Counted from the first letter of the stretch, positions 37,321 through 48,555 are shown. The stretch is DNA of 59,213 nucleotides from Snowella sp. (GCA_035285545.1 JAYKGY010000056.1:1-59213), one strand, 5' to 3'. Made by a program: numbers and translations. Notes: generated by a model not told the origin, from the letters alone.

Positions 37321-38877
37321 ATGACGATTGCAACACATACCACGACTAAACTCAACAAAATTGAAAAAGCCAAAGCCGAAAAACCCGGTTTAGCGGTTAA
37401 AAATGAACTCGAACACTTTGCTGAAATCGGTTGGGACGCGATCGACAAAACCGATCTAGAAGTCCGACTGAAGTGGTTGGGGATTTTCTACCGTCCGGTG
37501 ACACCAGGGAAATTTATGTTGCGGCTACGCATTCCCAATGGCGTGATCACCAGTAAACAAATGCAAACCTTAGCGGCGATCGTACAACGCTACGGCGATG
37601 AAGGAAGTGCCGATATCACCACACGCCAAAACCTCCAATTACGGGGCGTTCATCTCGGCGATATGCCGGAGATTTTCCAACAACTCAAAGCAGTAGGTCT
37701 AACAAGTATTCAATCGGGTATGGACAATGTGCGAAACTTAACAGGTTCCCCCGTTGCCGGCATTGATCCCGATGAGTTGATCGACACCCGTGAACTCAAC
37801 CAAAAATTGCAGGACATGATTACCCATCAGGGCGAAGGGAACCCACTTTTTACCAATCTTCCCCGAAAACTCAATATTGCGGTTGAAGGTGGGCGGGATA
37901 ATTCCATTCACGCTGAAATTAATGATATTGCCTTTGTTCCTGCCTATAAACAAGGTGAATTAGGCTTTAATGTCCTCGTTGGCGGCTATCTCTCTGCTCA
38001 ACGCTGTGCAGAATCCATTCCGATGAACGTGTGGGTAAAAACCAATGAGGAAGTTATCGAACTCTCCCGTGCTATTCTCCTGGTTTATAGCGACAATGGT
38101 TTAGCAGCAGGATTACGGGAAAATCGAGCCAAAGCGCGGTTAATGTGGCTAATTGATCATTGGGGCATGGAAAAATTCCGAGCAGAAGTTGAAAAAGTTT
38201 TCGGTAGCCCCCTAGAAACTGCCGCTCCGACCGATGAAATTACGCAAGATAAAAAGGATCACTTAGGTATCCATCCCCAAAAGCAAGTGGGTTATAGTTA
38301 TGTGGGTTTGCATGTCCCGATGGGTCGCTTTTCCGCAGAGACGTTATTTGAGTTAGCCCGATTAGCCGAGGTCTATGGCATTGGGGAAATTCGTTTAACC
38401 GTTGAACAAAATGCCATTATTTCCTTTATTAAAAATGAAAACTTAGAAACCTTTCTCAAAGAGCCATTATTGAAAGAGTTTTCAATTAATCCGACTCCCC
38501 TAACCCGTTCTGTGATTTCCTGTACCGGCGCACGTTATTGCAACTTTGCCATTATTGAAACCAAACAACGGGCGTTAAAAATGGCCCAAACCTTAGATGC
38601 GGAACTGGAAATTCCCAATCGAGTACGCATTCACTGGACAGGTTGCCCGAACTCCTGTGGGCAGGCCCAAGCGGGGGATATTGGGTTAATTGGCACTAAA
38701 GTGCGTAAGGATGGAGAAACGGTAGAGGGAGTTAACCTGTATACGGGCGGAAAAGTCGGGCACGGAGCGAAATTAGGAACCCTCAAAGAAAAAAGTATTG
38801 CCTGTGACGATCTGAAAGATGTGTTGAAAAAAATCTTAATTGAGGAGTTTGGAGCCAAGGAAAAAAGCCCAATTTAA
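37321..38877 (+). CDS. nirA: Ferredoxin-nitrite reductase
   Basis: TTRQNLQ, GMDNVRN and LPRK motifs; siroheme/4Fe-4S ligands CTGARYC...GCPNSCG. Confidence 0.97.
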   Translation: MTIATHTTTKLNKIEKAKAEKPGLAVKNELEHFAEIGWDAIDKTDLEVRLKWLGIFYRPVTPGKFMLRLRIPNGVITSKQMQTLAAIVQRYGDEGSADITTRQNLQLRGVHLGDMPEIFQQLKAVGLTSIQSGMDNVRNLTGSPVAGIDPDELIDTRELNQKLQDMITHQGEGNPLFTNLPRKLNIAVEGGRDNSIHAEINDIAFVPAYKQGELGFNVLVGGYLSAQRCAESIPMNVWVKTNEEVIELSRAILLVYSDNGLAAGLRENRAKARLMWLIDHWGMEKFRAEVEKVFGSPLETAAPTDEITQDKKDHLGIHPQKQVGYSYVGLHVPMGRFSAETLFELARLAEVYGIGEIRLTVEQNAIISFIKNENLETFLKEPLLKEFSINPTPLTRSVISCTGARYCNFAIIETKQRALKMAQTLDAELEIPNRVRIHWTGCPNSCGQAQAGDIGLIGTKVRKDGETVEGVNLYTGGKVGHGAKLGTLKEKSIACDDLKDVLKKILIEEFGAKEKSPI

Positions 38878-38916
38878 ATCGAGCTAAAAATGGCACCTCT
38901 GAGGGTTATGCATTGA

Positions 38917-39705
38917 TCAAGCTCCCATGCCGGAATAATGTTGTAACCCTTTTCGCCATAACCAACGATTCACAAAGAAAAAGAAAGTTAACCAACCAGC
39001 AATAATTAGAAAGCTTTTCAGTAAATCAACGGGTAAACCCACTAAAATTGCCGCCGGAAAATAAACCCCATAGGGAAAGGGTGTCCATAATACAATTTCT
39101 CTAACGGCTGGAGGAAAGGTATCCAAGGGGGCGATCATTCCTGAGAGAAAAATATAAAATAAAAACCATAATTCCTGAATTGCACTGGCTCGCTCTGTCC
39201 AAAATGCAAACATTGAAAAGGTATATTGAACCAGAAAATATAAACTAAAGGATAAAATAATAGCAATTATTCCTAATATAAAGCTTCCTAAACTGGGTAT
39301 CCAAAAGGCTTGAGGATAAAGCCAAAAGAACAACAGTGTTAATAAAATGGCTAGGGGAAATCGGGTCATTTTTTCGGAAATATGACGGGCGACATGATGC
39401 CAAGCAGGGTCAAGAGGTTGTAATAACTTAAAGGATAATTTCCCTTCAATTACCTCTCGTTCAAATTCCCAAATCACCCAGATATTCGTAAATTGTCGCA
39501 CCTGGAAAACAGCAAAAAAGTAACGAGCAAACTGGATGGAATCTAAACCAAAATTACTATTGTTAGAAGCTTGTATCCAAACACCCATTAAAATAATTGG
39601 CAGAGAACCCGATAAAATCCAAAAAAAGATTTCGGCTCGATATTCCACCATGTGGGCATAGTAAACCGAGAGCAATGTGGTGATTTTTTTAAAGACCCAT
39701 TTCAT
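38917..39705 (-). CDS. ABC-2 type transporter permease (DUF990-like)
   Basis: EYRAEI, EGKLSFKLLQPLD, FLSGMIAPL and TPFPY; six TM segments. Confidence 0.85.
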   Translation of the reverse strand: MKWVFKKITTLLSVYYAHMVEYRAEIFFWILSGSLPIILMGVWIQASNNSNFGLDSIQFARYFFAVFQVRQFTNIWVIWEFEREVIEGKLSFKLLQPLDPAWHHVARHISEKMTRFPLAILLTLLFFWLYPQAFWIPSLGSFILGIIAIILSFSLYFLVQYTFSMFAFWTERASAIQELWFLFYIFLSGMIAPLDTFPPAVREIVLWTPFPYGVYFPAAILVGLPVDLLKSFLIIAGWLTFFFFVNRWLWRKGLQHYSGMGA

Positions 39706-39716
39706 AAAAAATGAAT

Positions 39717-40340
39717 TTATAAATGCTGAAAAATAACAGATAAATTATTGGCAGGCATAGCCACTATTTGTTTAAATTCTAAACCATGCTTTTCAGCAAC
39801 TTCGATAACGGCTTCTAAATCTCGCACACCCCATTGCGAATTTCGCATTTTTAAGGATTGATCAAAGGCTTCGTTACTCGGTGCCGTATGGTTTCCCTGT
39901 TGTTTATACGGCCCGTATAAGTACAAAATGCCGCCTGTTGGTAAGATGCGTTCTGCTCCAGCTATCAATCCCTGACAAGCTGACCAAGGAGAAATATGGA
40001 TTAAGTTAATGGCAACGATCGCGGCGATCGCTGAATTATCCTTTTCAACTTCCCAAACCGGATCCATGGCATTAATCGTTAACGGAGGCTGTAGGTTATC
40101 CGTTTTACATTCCTGCCGCCATGCTTCGATACTCAGTCGTAAGGTCGGATCGGGATCAGAGGGAATCCAAAGACGGGGCGCGAAATAGGGTGCGAAAAAA
40201 CAAGCGTGCTCTCCCGTTCCACCGGCAATTTCCAAAATGTTTCCAGGCGGTAAGGTTAATTGTTGCAATACCGTTAGAATCGGTTGGCGATTTCGTTCCG
40301 TCGCTGGAGCATATTGTCGATATTCTTTGAGATTATTCAT
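39717..40340 (-). CDS. DUF938 SAM-dependent methyltransferase
   Basis: APATERNRQPIL, LEIAGGTGEH, LYGPY, SNEAFD and MPANN. Confidence 0.9.
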   Translation of the reverse strand: MNNLKEYRQYAPATERNRQPILTVLQQLTLPPGNILEIAGGTGEHACFFAPYFAPRLWIPSDPDPTLRLSIEAWRQECKTDNLQPPLTINAMDPVWEVEKDNSAIAAIVAINLIHISPWSACQGLIAGAERILPTGGILYLYGPYKQQGNHTAPSNEAFDQSLKMRNSQWGVRDLEAVIEVAEKHGLEFKQIVAMPANNLSVIFQHL

Positions 40341-40445
40341 GTTTTTTCAGAATTTTCTTGATCATAATCTAAACTATTAAACTGAATCTTTTGTGATACC
40401 CTATCCTGAATAGCCAAACATAACGCGATACAAAAGGAACTAGGA

Positions 40446-41501
40446 ATGACAAAATTACGAGTTGGATTACTCTTTGGGGGACGTTCAGGAGAACATGAAG
40501 TCTCTATTAACTCAGCACGAGCCATTCATCATGCGTTAACCTCTGGGGCAAATCTCGAAAAATACAATGTTATTCCTATTTATATCCACAAAAATGGGGT
40601 TTGGCAGGCTCCTGATATTGCGCGATCGGTTTTAGAAGCTGGTAAGCCCTTACCCGATGAAGCCGCAGAAAAAGCTCAACTCTGGCAATTTCCTCCCCAG
40701 GCGGCCGAGATTGACGTGTGGTTCCCTATTTTGCACGGGCCCAATGGAGAGGATGGAACCATTCAAGGCTTATTGTCTCTAATGCAAGTTCCCTTTGTTG
40801 GCAGTAATGTTTTAGGTTCTTGCGTGGGCATGGACAAAATCGCCATGAAAATGGCCTTTGCTCAGGTGGGCTTACCCCAAGTTAATTATGTTGCGGTAGA
40901 AAGAAGTCAAATTTGGTCAAATCCCTGCGTCTTTCCGAAAGTATGTGATGAAATTGAAGAAAAAGTCGGTTATCCTTGCTTTGTGAAACCCGCTAATTTA
41001 GGATCATCCGTCGGCATTGCTAAAGTGCGGACTCGCCAAGAACTCGAAGCCGCCCTCGATAGTGCTGCTAGCTATGATCGCCGCATTATCGTTGAAGCCG
41101 GAATCAATCATATTCGGGAAGTTGAATGTGCGGTTCTGGGGAATGACGATCCCAAGGCTTCAATTATTGGTGAAATCACCTACGATAGCGACTTTTACGA
41201 CTACGAAACTAAATATACCGATGGTCGTGCCCAACTGCATATTCCCGCTAAGCTGCCTGAATCGGTCGTTGCCCAAATACAAGAAATGTCTTTGAAAGCC
41301 TTTAAAGCCTTGGATTGTGGTGGTTTATCGCGGCTTGACTTTTTCTATGTAGAAAGTACAGGAGAGTTATATATTAATGAGATTAATACTTTGCCTGGTT
41401 TTACGGCATTTAGTATGTATCCCCAACTGTGGGGCGCAACCGGAGTTCCTTTCATCGAACTAGTGGATCAGTTAATTCAATTTGCCTTAGAAAGGGCTTA
41501 G
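40446..41501 (+). CDS. ddl: D-alanine--D-alanine ligase
   Basis: [24 protein letters not shown] and NEINTLPG. Confidence 0.97.
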   Translation: MTKLRVGLLFGGRSGEHEVSINSARAIHHALTSGANLEKYNVIPIYIHKNGVWQAPDIARSVLEAGKPLPDEAAEKAQLWQFPPQAAEIDVWFPILHGPNGEDGTIQGLLSLMQVPFVGSNVLGSCVGMDKIAMKMAFAQVGLPQVNYVAVERSQIWSNPCVFPKVCDEIEEKVGYPCFVKPANLGSSVGIAKVRTRQELEAALDSAASYDRRIIVEAGINHIREVECAVLGNDDPKASIIGEITYDSDFYDYETKYTDGRAQLHIPAKLPESVVAQIQEMSLKAFKALDCGGLSRLDFFYVESTGELYINEINTLPGFTAFSMYPQLWGATGVPFIELVDQLIQFALERA

Positions 41502-41600
41502 GCCACTAAAACTAGCAGAAAATTTTAAATTTTAATCCCAGATGTTTACAGAGAGATAACGCTATCATCCAGTGCCATCAATGAGTTTGAAATGACTGAG

Positions 41601-41846
41601 CTAATCAATCCGCATTTCAGAAGGCTTGGTTGATGGCGTATAAGTTGTAGACGGACTGTAACGGACTAGGTTAAACCAACCTACCGCCAGTAGGAGACCA
41701 AACCCACAACCCAATAAAAAAGTCCAGGCGTGCGACGAATCAAGGACACAGAGCAGACGGCGATCGCTGCTATATATTTGTACTAGCCAGCCTTCGCTGG
41801 TTGGGCCAATTCGGATTCGCGATTTCGTTGAGTCAAACTTGTTCAT
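41601..41846 (-). CDS. Small single-TM protein downstream of sbtB (probable SbtC)
   Basis: 81 aa with one hydrophobic helix (WTFLLGCGFGLLLAVGW), co-oriented behind sbtAB and preceded by a GGAG SD. Size and position match the recently described SbtC; not sequence-verified. Confidence 0.6.
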   Translation of the reverse strand: MNKFDSTKSRIRIGPTSEGWLVQIYSSDRRLLCVLDSSHAWTFLLGCGFGLLLAVGWFNLVRYSPSTTYTPSTKPSEMRID

Positions 41847-41916
41847 ATTGTCTACTCCATGCTGATCGAATGGGGGAAGTGTGGCGGGGGTTTGTCCCCC
41901 CTAGAGAAATTCCTGC

Positions 41917-42288
<372 letters not shown>

Positions 42289-42343
42289 CTACTGGGTCTG
42301 CCGGGCTAAAAGGTGGCACCGACAGACAACGCCCCATCTAGGA

Positions 42344-43465
42344 TTAGTTGCCGCCGATCGCTTGGGCAAGACCGAGGAAAAGCGGTATGCACACACCGAT
42401 CGCAATGGGAGTACCAATCGCAGTAGAGGCACCAATGTAGGCAGAGGGATTGGCTGATGGAATCCCCGCTCGTAGAGTGGGTGGGCCTGAGATGTCTGAA
42501 CTGGAAGCAGCGATAACAGCCAGAACAACAACACCGCCCATACTGAAACCTGTGGCATAGTGGGCAATCATACCAAGACCAAAAGCAATTAATCCATGCA
42601 CAATCGGTGCCGCTACGCTATAAACAACATACCACTGGGCAACCTTGCGGAGTTCACCAAGCCTTGACCAAGCTTCCATTCCCATAACCAGCATGAGGAT
42701 AGAAAGCAAACCTCGAAAAGCCGGATCGTAGAAGTTTTTATAGACACTTTCCGGTTGAGCAAACAGACCCAGCGCAAGACCTAACAACATGGCTGATAGA
42801 GCCGGCCCCTGAAGGCTTTCTTCAATGATTGGCCAGATCTTGACCCGACCATCTTCAGGCTCCTTCTGGCTAAGGTATTCCTGCCGAGTAGAGGGATAAT
42901 CCGGCTGATCGAAGTAATCACCGGCTGCAACAGGCTTCTTACTCAAAGACTCCTCCATCGCAATGGCAGTATTACGTTTCTTCTTCTTTAAATAAATGTT
43001 AGCCACTACAATTGCCGTGACGAGGGCGGGAATATCCATAAAGGGATAAAGAGCACCGGCCCAAGCCTCGTAGGGCATTTTTGCTTCTTCCAAGGTCGTC
43101 AGAGCCGCAGCCATAGTAGAGCCACTCACCGCCCCAAACAACCCCCCAGTCGCCAACGCATCTACGGTTTTGACCTTTGGCAGTTTAGCCAAGGTATAGC
43201 GAGCAATGAATACAATTAAAATCCCTGTCGCGACCGAAAAGATAACGGGTAAAACCATCTCCGTCAGGTTGGAGTTACGGATCGCAATTCCACCAGTAAG
43301 ACCGATTTTTGTCAGCAACATAAAGACGATGATCGTACAAATTGCCTCTGGAATGACCAATTGACTACCGAGAGCCGCAATTACCATCCCCCCAATCAGA
43401 AAGGCGAGGGTCGGAGACTGCAACTGCTTAACGAAGTCCATTAAAAAATTGGACAAAAAATCCAC
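42344..43465 (-). CDS. sbtA: Sodium-dependent bicarbonate transporter SbtA
   Basis: GTG start at 43465 (MDFLSNF...) with an AAGGAGG SD; 373 aa. Motifs FGAVSGST and SSSDISGPP. Confidence 0.96.
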   Translation of the reverse strand: MDFLSNFLMDFVKQLQSPTLAFLIGGMVIAALGSQLVIPEAICTIIVFMLLTKIGLTGGIAIRNSNLTEMVLPVIFSVATGILIVFIARYTLAKLPKVKTVDALATGGLFGAVSGSTMAAALTTLEEAKMPYEAWAGALYPFMDIPALVTAIVVANIYLKKKKRNTAIAMEESLSKKPVAAGDYFDQPDYPSTRQEYLSQKEPEDGRVKIWPIIEESLQGPALSAMLLGLALGLFAQPESVYKNFYDPAFRGLLSILMLVMGMEAWSRLGELRKVAQWYVVYSVAAPIVHGLIAFGLGMIAHYATGFSMGGVVVLAVIAASSSDISGPPTLRAGIPSANPSAYIGASTAIGTPIAIGVCIPLFLGLAQAIGGN

Positions 43466-43762
43466 TATGTAATTCCTCCTTGATTCGGATATTAGGGGCC
43501 AGGACGGCAAGGCAAGCGTAGCCTCGAATCCAGATGGGCTGGCTCCAGGCATCCGAGCGAGCAACGAGTCAATCCGTCACTCTATCGCATCTGCATCCTA
43601 GTGCGTCGTGGCTAGAAATAAGGTTTTTGACAAACGCAAATAATCGCGCCAATCATTAGGGATTTAGGTTCGGGAATCAGTTGTGTTCAATACAAGGGAA
43701 TACCCATCTGTGTCAAAGTGAGCAATCGCCCGTCACACTTAACCCAAAGACACAAGCCCTAC

Positions 43763-43782
43763 ACATAGACCTAAGCCTATGT
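43763..43782 (-). promoter_or_regulatory. NdhR (CcmR)-type operator upstream of sbtA
   Basis: ACATAG-ACCTAAGC-CTATGT contains an exact ATAG-N8-CTAT (43765-43780), extended to 6-bp arms. Confidence 0.8.
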
Positions 43783-43934
43783 AACTTGCTCTTGTCATAT
43801 ACAAAAGTCTAAAGCAAAACCTGAAGAAAGTCTTTAATTGAAAGAATGGATTTTTAAATCCACATTAGAAGAAAAAATTATCGTTCAAGCTTCAAGCCGA
43901 TAGGGAGTTCGATGGTTGGTTAAATCTTTTCGTC

Positions 43935-46900
43935 TTAAGCCAAGAAATTAAAGCGGAAAACAGCATCGTTGAAATCGAAATCACTAATACCTAAATTTCC
44001 AGGTAAATCTTCAAACCCAAAAATGTTATTGCCACGATTTTGTAAGTGTTCGGTGCCGTCGGGATTAGCCATTCCAAAACTAAAGTAGGCAACCGCATGG
44101 TTAATAAAGTTATCTAGCGTGGCAGCGGTATTACTGGGATTTTGGAGAAGAAAAGCATTAATTCCGTCTTGAATACTTCCATCACTAGGAATCAAGTTTC
44201 CCCCATTGGCGATCGCGAATGGAGCGTAAAGTTGTCCGCCTTGAAGCAACACATCGCCAAATTCTTCAGCATTGGTATTTTGATCAAGATTTCCATTGCC
44301 ACCCAGTTGCAAACTAAAATTATTAACCCGATTACTAATGGCAGTAAACGCATAACCCGCATCCCCAGGATTAAGTAAATCGCTGGTCAGCCCGTTGCCA
44401 TTCATATCAAAACTATCCAAAATCGCGCCATTCGCATTCAGTACCGGATAAAGTCCCATTAAATTGTGGAAAAGCGCGTTGGTTTGACTGAGAGCGTTAT
44501 CGTCAGCACGGCTGCTAATATTACCAGGGTTCCCGCTAAAATCGTAGGTCAAGCTCCCTAAACCATCATTATTGTCATCACCAAATTTTGAGGCAGAACT
44601 ACTCACATCAAAGTCGGGGAGATTCGCTACTTGCAGCACATAATCCGTCATTGCATCAGGGCTATTTCCCACCGTCGGATCGTCCACATTAACCGTGACT
44701 TGATACTGGGTTTGACGTTCAAAGTCGGGGGAACTACCGATAAAAAATAGGGCATTATCTCGAATTTCAAAACTAGCAGCATCATTTCCGCTTAAAAATA
44801 GGGTATTGATTCCTTGTCCGTCGTCAATGATCGTTAAATCAGCGACTTTGATTCCTCCATTGCTATTTTCGTCAATTAGGCTTAAAAGGTTGCTTAAGGT
44901 AATCGCTGTCGGGGCACTATTGGGCGTAAAAGCAGGGGCACCCGGATCTTGAATTTGTCCATTAACCGTTAAATCGCGATCGCCGCGCTGACCATCGACA
45001 AAGTTCAGGATGATTTCGGTTTGTCCATCCCCGTTTAAGTCCATAAATTGAGCACCCGTCTGGGTAATGGGGTCAAAATCAAAGTTATACCAATGATTAC
45101 TAGGATTATCTGGCGTTGGCCCAAATTTCCAATAGGTATTAATGTTGGTTCCTTGGGGAAGATAGAGGGTAATCGCGCTGGCTCCCCCAGGGGTTACTTG
45201 CGGTAGGGTAAATTCAAAGAAGCCCAAGGGAAAAGTCACATTCGCGGGTGCATTCCCAGGAGAGGGATTCGCGATCGCTTGGATTTGAGCAGGAGGGCGT
45301 AGGGGATCGCCAACAAAGGTAACAAATTGATTATTCGGAGTCTGGACAGACGTAACGTGGGGCTGTTCCGAGTCGGGAATCCCGTCAAAATTACCATCAA
45401 CGGGCGGCTGAAAATTATTATTAGACGTGCGGGGATTATAACTGGTTGTATCAATCAGTAAGGGCGTTTGGAAGGCATTGGCAACGGATTCCCAGGGAAT
45501 GAACTTAAAATTCGTCGCATTATTTTCCAATTCATCGTCATTTTTTACCACATTTTGCGGTTCGTTAGCTCCATCCTGAACCAGTAAAGCTCCGAAGGGA
45601 AAGGCACTACCGAGGGGAACATTGATAATTTCTAAGCCATCGGTTTCATTGGCTTGATCAATCCCCAAAGCGGTATTATCGCCCACCACAAAGCTACCGA
45701 GATAGGTATTGTTCTCTTCACGGCTGTAAACGGCATAGGTGCTATCGCCCTGACTTGATGCAACTAGATAACCGGTTCCATTCGGGCCATAATAAATGGC
45801 TAATCCTTCTAGGTCGGGGACTAATTCAGGGGAACCGACGGGACGAACGACCGTAATTTGATTGCTGTCATTGGGTTCGGCTGCAAATTTGACAATGCCG
45901 ATTTTACCCTCGACTGCGAGATAAACAATGCCTTTTTCCTGGTCAACGGCGATCGCTTCTGACTGATAATCTTCGGGGTCATCTCCCGTCGCAATGGGTA
46001 GTTCAATGGTTCTGACAACTGACGCACTGATTGTCCCTGAAGCCGCAGATTGGAGTTCTAATTGGGCAATCTTGTTTCCGCCCGCCTGGGTAACGAAGAC
46101 ATAGGATTTACCTGTAACGGGACTCTTGTAAGCGGCTAAACCGTAGGCGGTCATTTCTCCATCATCTACCCCAAAAATCGAAAAAGCATCATTTAGCAAC
46201 GTCGGGGCAGTAATCGATTCCAGTTGGTGGGTTGCAGGGTTAATTTTGAAAATATTGAGGGTGTCATTGGCGCGATCGCTCACAACCGCAATATCGACCG
46301 TTTCGGCACCCAGTTGGAAATTGTAGAGAACATCCACATTGTTGTAGCGCAGATCGCCAAATTCAGCCCCAGCCCCCAACATATCCACAGGGGTAACGGT
46401 TTGTAAAACTTCGCCCTCTAGAGAAAAAACAGCTAAACCGCCATCTTTCAGCGTACCAATGATGAGGCTATTTCCTGAGTCAGTGGGATCAATCCAAACG
46501 GCGGGATCATCCGAATCCCCAATTAACGGAGTCGTTCCTGAGCCATCATCAATCGTGTAGGGGGTTTCTACGGTCGGCAAAACAGCAGGAAGGGTATCCA
46601 CCGTTAGACCCAAAGCAATAAACTGCGTCGTTTGGGTTGCACTGAAGTTATTATCACTCACCACGATTAAAGATTGGCGACCATCGGGCAAAACCGGGCC
46701 CAGAGAAATCCCTTCTAAATTGTCAGGCGTGATACCCAGATCGGCAAAATCGAGTAAAAGGCGTTTTTGGACAGGCGGATCAATCGCAAAACGATCAGGC
46801 GCAATGATTTCCCCATCATCTTCTAACGGTTCTTCCCGATAGAGATCCGCCAAATCTTTAACATTCAAAGCTCCCTGGGTTAAAACTTCATAGAGTTTGA

Positions 46901-48335
46901 CCGTATTACCTACACCTGTTGAAAATGAGCGTTCTAGAGCCAGCAAGGTGCCGTTATTATCTAGGGCTAATAATTCAACTAAACCATTGGTGGCAAAACT
47001 TCCGGCTGGGTTGGGCGTATCCGCTACAGGATCTACTTCATAAACAAACTCGCCGACGACTTCTCCCGTACTTAGATCATATTTAATGATGCGGGATAAA
47101 CTACTGTTTTCTAGCGTTGCTGGGCTACCATCCTGAACTAAGGCATTTTCGGTAGCTGTGTAGAGATAACGGCGATCGGGGGTAAGGGTTAAACTCTCAA
47201 AGGCTAAGTTATTGCGAATACCTTTACTTTGATCGGCGGTGGGAAAATATTTATTATCAATCGGTAAAGCGGCAAGTTGCTGCCCTGAGAGAGAAAATTC
47301 ATTAACAAACGGATTAATGAGGTTGTTTGCATCCCCTTCGGAGGAAATATAAACGCTACCGTTTTCGGTTAACGCAATCCCTTCAGGGTCAAGACTATTT
47401 AGCGGGAAAGGATTACCCTGGCTATCTAAAAGAGTTGTAACTCCCGTAAAGCTGACATCTCCGTTATCGAGACGGCCATCACTGAGGTTAATCTCTAGGG
47501 TATAAAAACGGGCGGAATTAATTTGGCTGCGATCGTCACTAATGGCATAGTATCGATTTTGAGCAGAATCATAGACAATTCCTGATAAACCGCCTACTTG
47601 AGTATCTTTAAAAACGGTATTGGTGTTAAAACTGGTAACGCCGAGGGATTCAACTTCAGTGACTTTTTTACGATTTTGATCCTGGGGATTAATAATAGGC
47701 TGACTCGGATTGAGGGGGCTATTAGAGTCAAAAACAAGGTTATTACTGTTGAAATCGCTCTTATTGGTATTTTGAACGACCGCAATGCTTTCTCCTGTCG
47801 CTTTTACTTTGATAACAACATCTTTGCCAGCTTGGTCAAAGCTTAGATCTTCTGGGGTATTCATTCCTTCTACTTGAATCGCAATTTGATCGGCACGTTT
47901 GTCAAAGTCAGCAATGGTATTAACACTCGTCGGCAATTCTGCATTGGCAATCCAAAAGCGATCGCGTCCTGTTCCCCCATAAAGGGTATTATTGCCAGTT
48001 CCTGCAAAAATGCTATCATCCCCCGCGCCGCCAAACACTTTATCATTTTCGCCTGCGTAGATCCTATCTTGACCCGCTCCCCCATAGAGACTATTATTTC
48101 CCCCTTCATCGCTTGCATCTAGCTCGTCGTTTCCGCGATCGCCTAACAATAAATCATTTTTTCCAGCAAACAACTGATCGTCCCCATTGCCGCCCCCCAG
48201 GGTATTACCGCCGGTTCCTAAGCCTGCATCAATTTCATCATTGCCGTCTAGCCCAAGCACGGTATCTTCTAGTCCGATGAAATCTTGGCCCGCATTGAGT
48301 AAATCGTTAGCTGTTGTGCCTTTGAGGGTCGTCAT
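43935..48335 (-). CDS. Multidomain extracellular phytase (RTX-like repeats, phytase-like esterase domain, beta-propeller phytase, choice-of-anchor-U-like, cadherin-like, DUF4114-like)
   Basis: GGxGxD repeats. VGGLSG...DPEGI...NNLAFESL...VSDNNF (phytase-like). DSDDPAVW...NNVD...YGL...DLEGL...SSQG...TDG...QDG (beta-propeller phytase). TYWKFGPTPDN. C-terminal FGFEDL...DFDFND. Confidence 0.88.
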   Translation of the reverse strand: MTTLKGTTANDLLNAGQDFIGLEDTVLGLDGNDEIDAGLGTGGNTLGGGNGDDQLFAGKNDLLLGDRGNDELDASDEGGNNSLYGGAGQDRIYAGENDKVFGGAGDDSIFAGTGNNTLYGGTGRDRFWIANAELPTSVNTIADFDKRADQIAIQVEGMNTPEDLSFDQAGKDVVIKVKATGESIAVVQNTNKSDFNSNNLVFDSNSPLNPSQPIINPQDQNRKKVTEVESLGVTSFNTNTVFKDTQVGGLSGIVYDSAQNRYYAISDDRSQINSARFYTLEINLSDGRLDNGDVSFTGVTTLLDSQGNPFPLNSLDPEGIALTENGSVYISSEGDANNLINPFVNEFSLSGQQLAALPIDNKYFPTADQSKGIRNNLAFESLTLTPDRRYLYTATENALVQDGSPATLENSSLSRIIKYDLSTGEVVGEFVYEVDPVADTPNPAGSFATNGLVELLALDNNGTLLALERSFSTGVGNTVKLYEVLTQGALNVKDLADLYREEPLEDDGEIIAPDRFAIDPPVQKRLLLDFADLGITPDNLEGISLGPVLPDGRQSLIVVSDNNFSATQTTQFIALGLTVDTLPAVLPTVETPYTIDDGSGTTPLIGDSDDPAVWIDPTDSGNSLIIGTLKDGGLAVFSLEGEVLQTVTPVDMLGAGAEFGDLRYNNVDVLYNFQLGAETVDIAVVSDRANDTLNIFKINPATHQLESITAPTLLNDAFSIFGVDDGEMTAYGLAAYKSPVTGKSYVFVTQAGGNKIAQLELQSAASGTISASVVRTIELPIATGDDPEDYQSEAIAVDQEKGIVYLAVEGKIGIVKFAAEPNDSNQITVVRPVGSPELVPDLEGLAIYYGPNGTGYLVASSQGDSTYAVYSREENNTYLGSFVVGDNTALGIDQANETDGLEIINVPLGSAFPFGALLVQDGANEPQNVVKNDDELENNATNFKFIPWESVANAFQTPLLIDTTSYNPRTSNNNFQPPVDGNFDGIPDSEQPHVTSVQTPNNQFVTFVGDPLRPPAQIQAIANPSPGNAPANVTFPLGFFEFTLPQVTPGGASAITLYLPQGTNINTYWKFGPTPDNPSNHWYNFDFDPITQTGAQFMDLNGDGQTEIILNFVDGQRGDRDLTVNGQIQDPGAPAFTPNSAPTAITLSNLLSLIDENSNGGIKVADLTIIDDGQGINTLFLSGNDAASFEIRDNALFFIGSSPDFERQTQYQVTVNVDDPTVGNSPDAMTDYVLQVANLPDFDVSSSASKFGDDNNDGLGSLTYDFSGNPGNISSRADDNALSQTNALFHNLMGLYPVLNANGAILDSFDMNGNGLTSDLLNPGDAGYAFTAISNRVNNFSLQLGGNGNLDQNTNAEEFGDVLLQGGQLYAPFAIANGGNLIPSDGSIQDGINAFLLQNPSNTAATLDNFINHAVAYFSFGMANPDGTEHLQNRGNNIFGFEDLPGNLGISDFDFNDAVFRFNFLA

Positions 48336-48555
48336 TGTTCTTGATCCTTACAGTCTGGTTAGGGTTATTGGGTAGATAAATTTTTGACAGGTTAAACCTT
48401 AAATCGAGAAGAAAAATGGAAGTTTTTGAAATGGCCCTAGATCAGATTGCCATTGAATGGTTAAGAGCGCGTTAGGGTTAAATTATTGCTGAATTATGTT
48501 TGTGAATAAAAACTTGCAAGCTTGACTCATTTCTGTCCGTTCAATGAACGTTGAT

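Noticed and set aside
43466..43564. N-terminally extended 406-aa SbtA as given in the ORF track
   Set aside because: A strong SD precedes the GTG at 43465 and the typical SbtA N-terminus (MDFLS) starts there.
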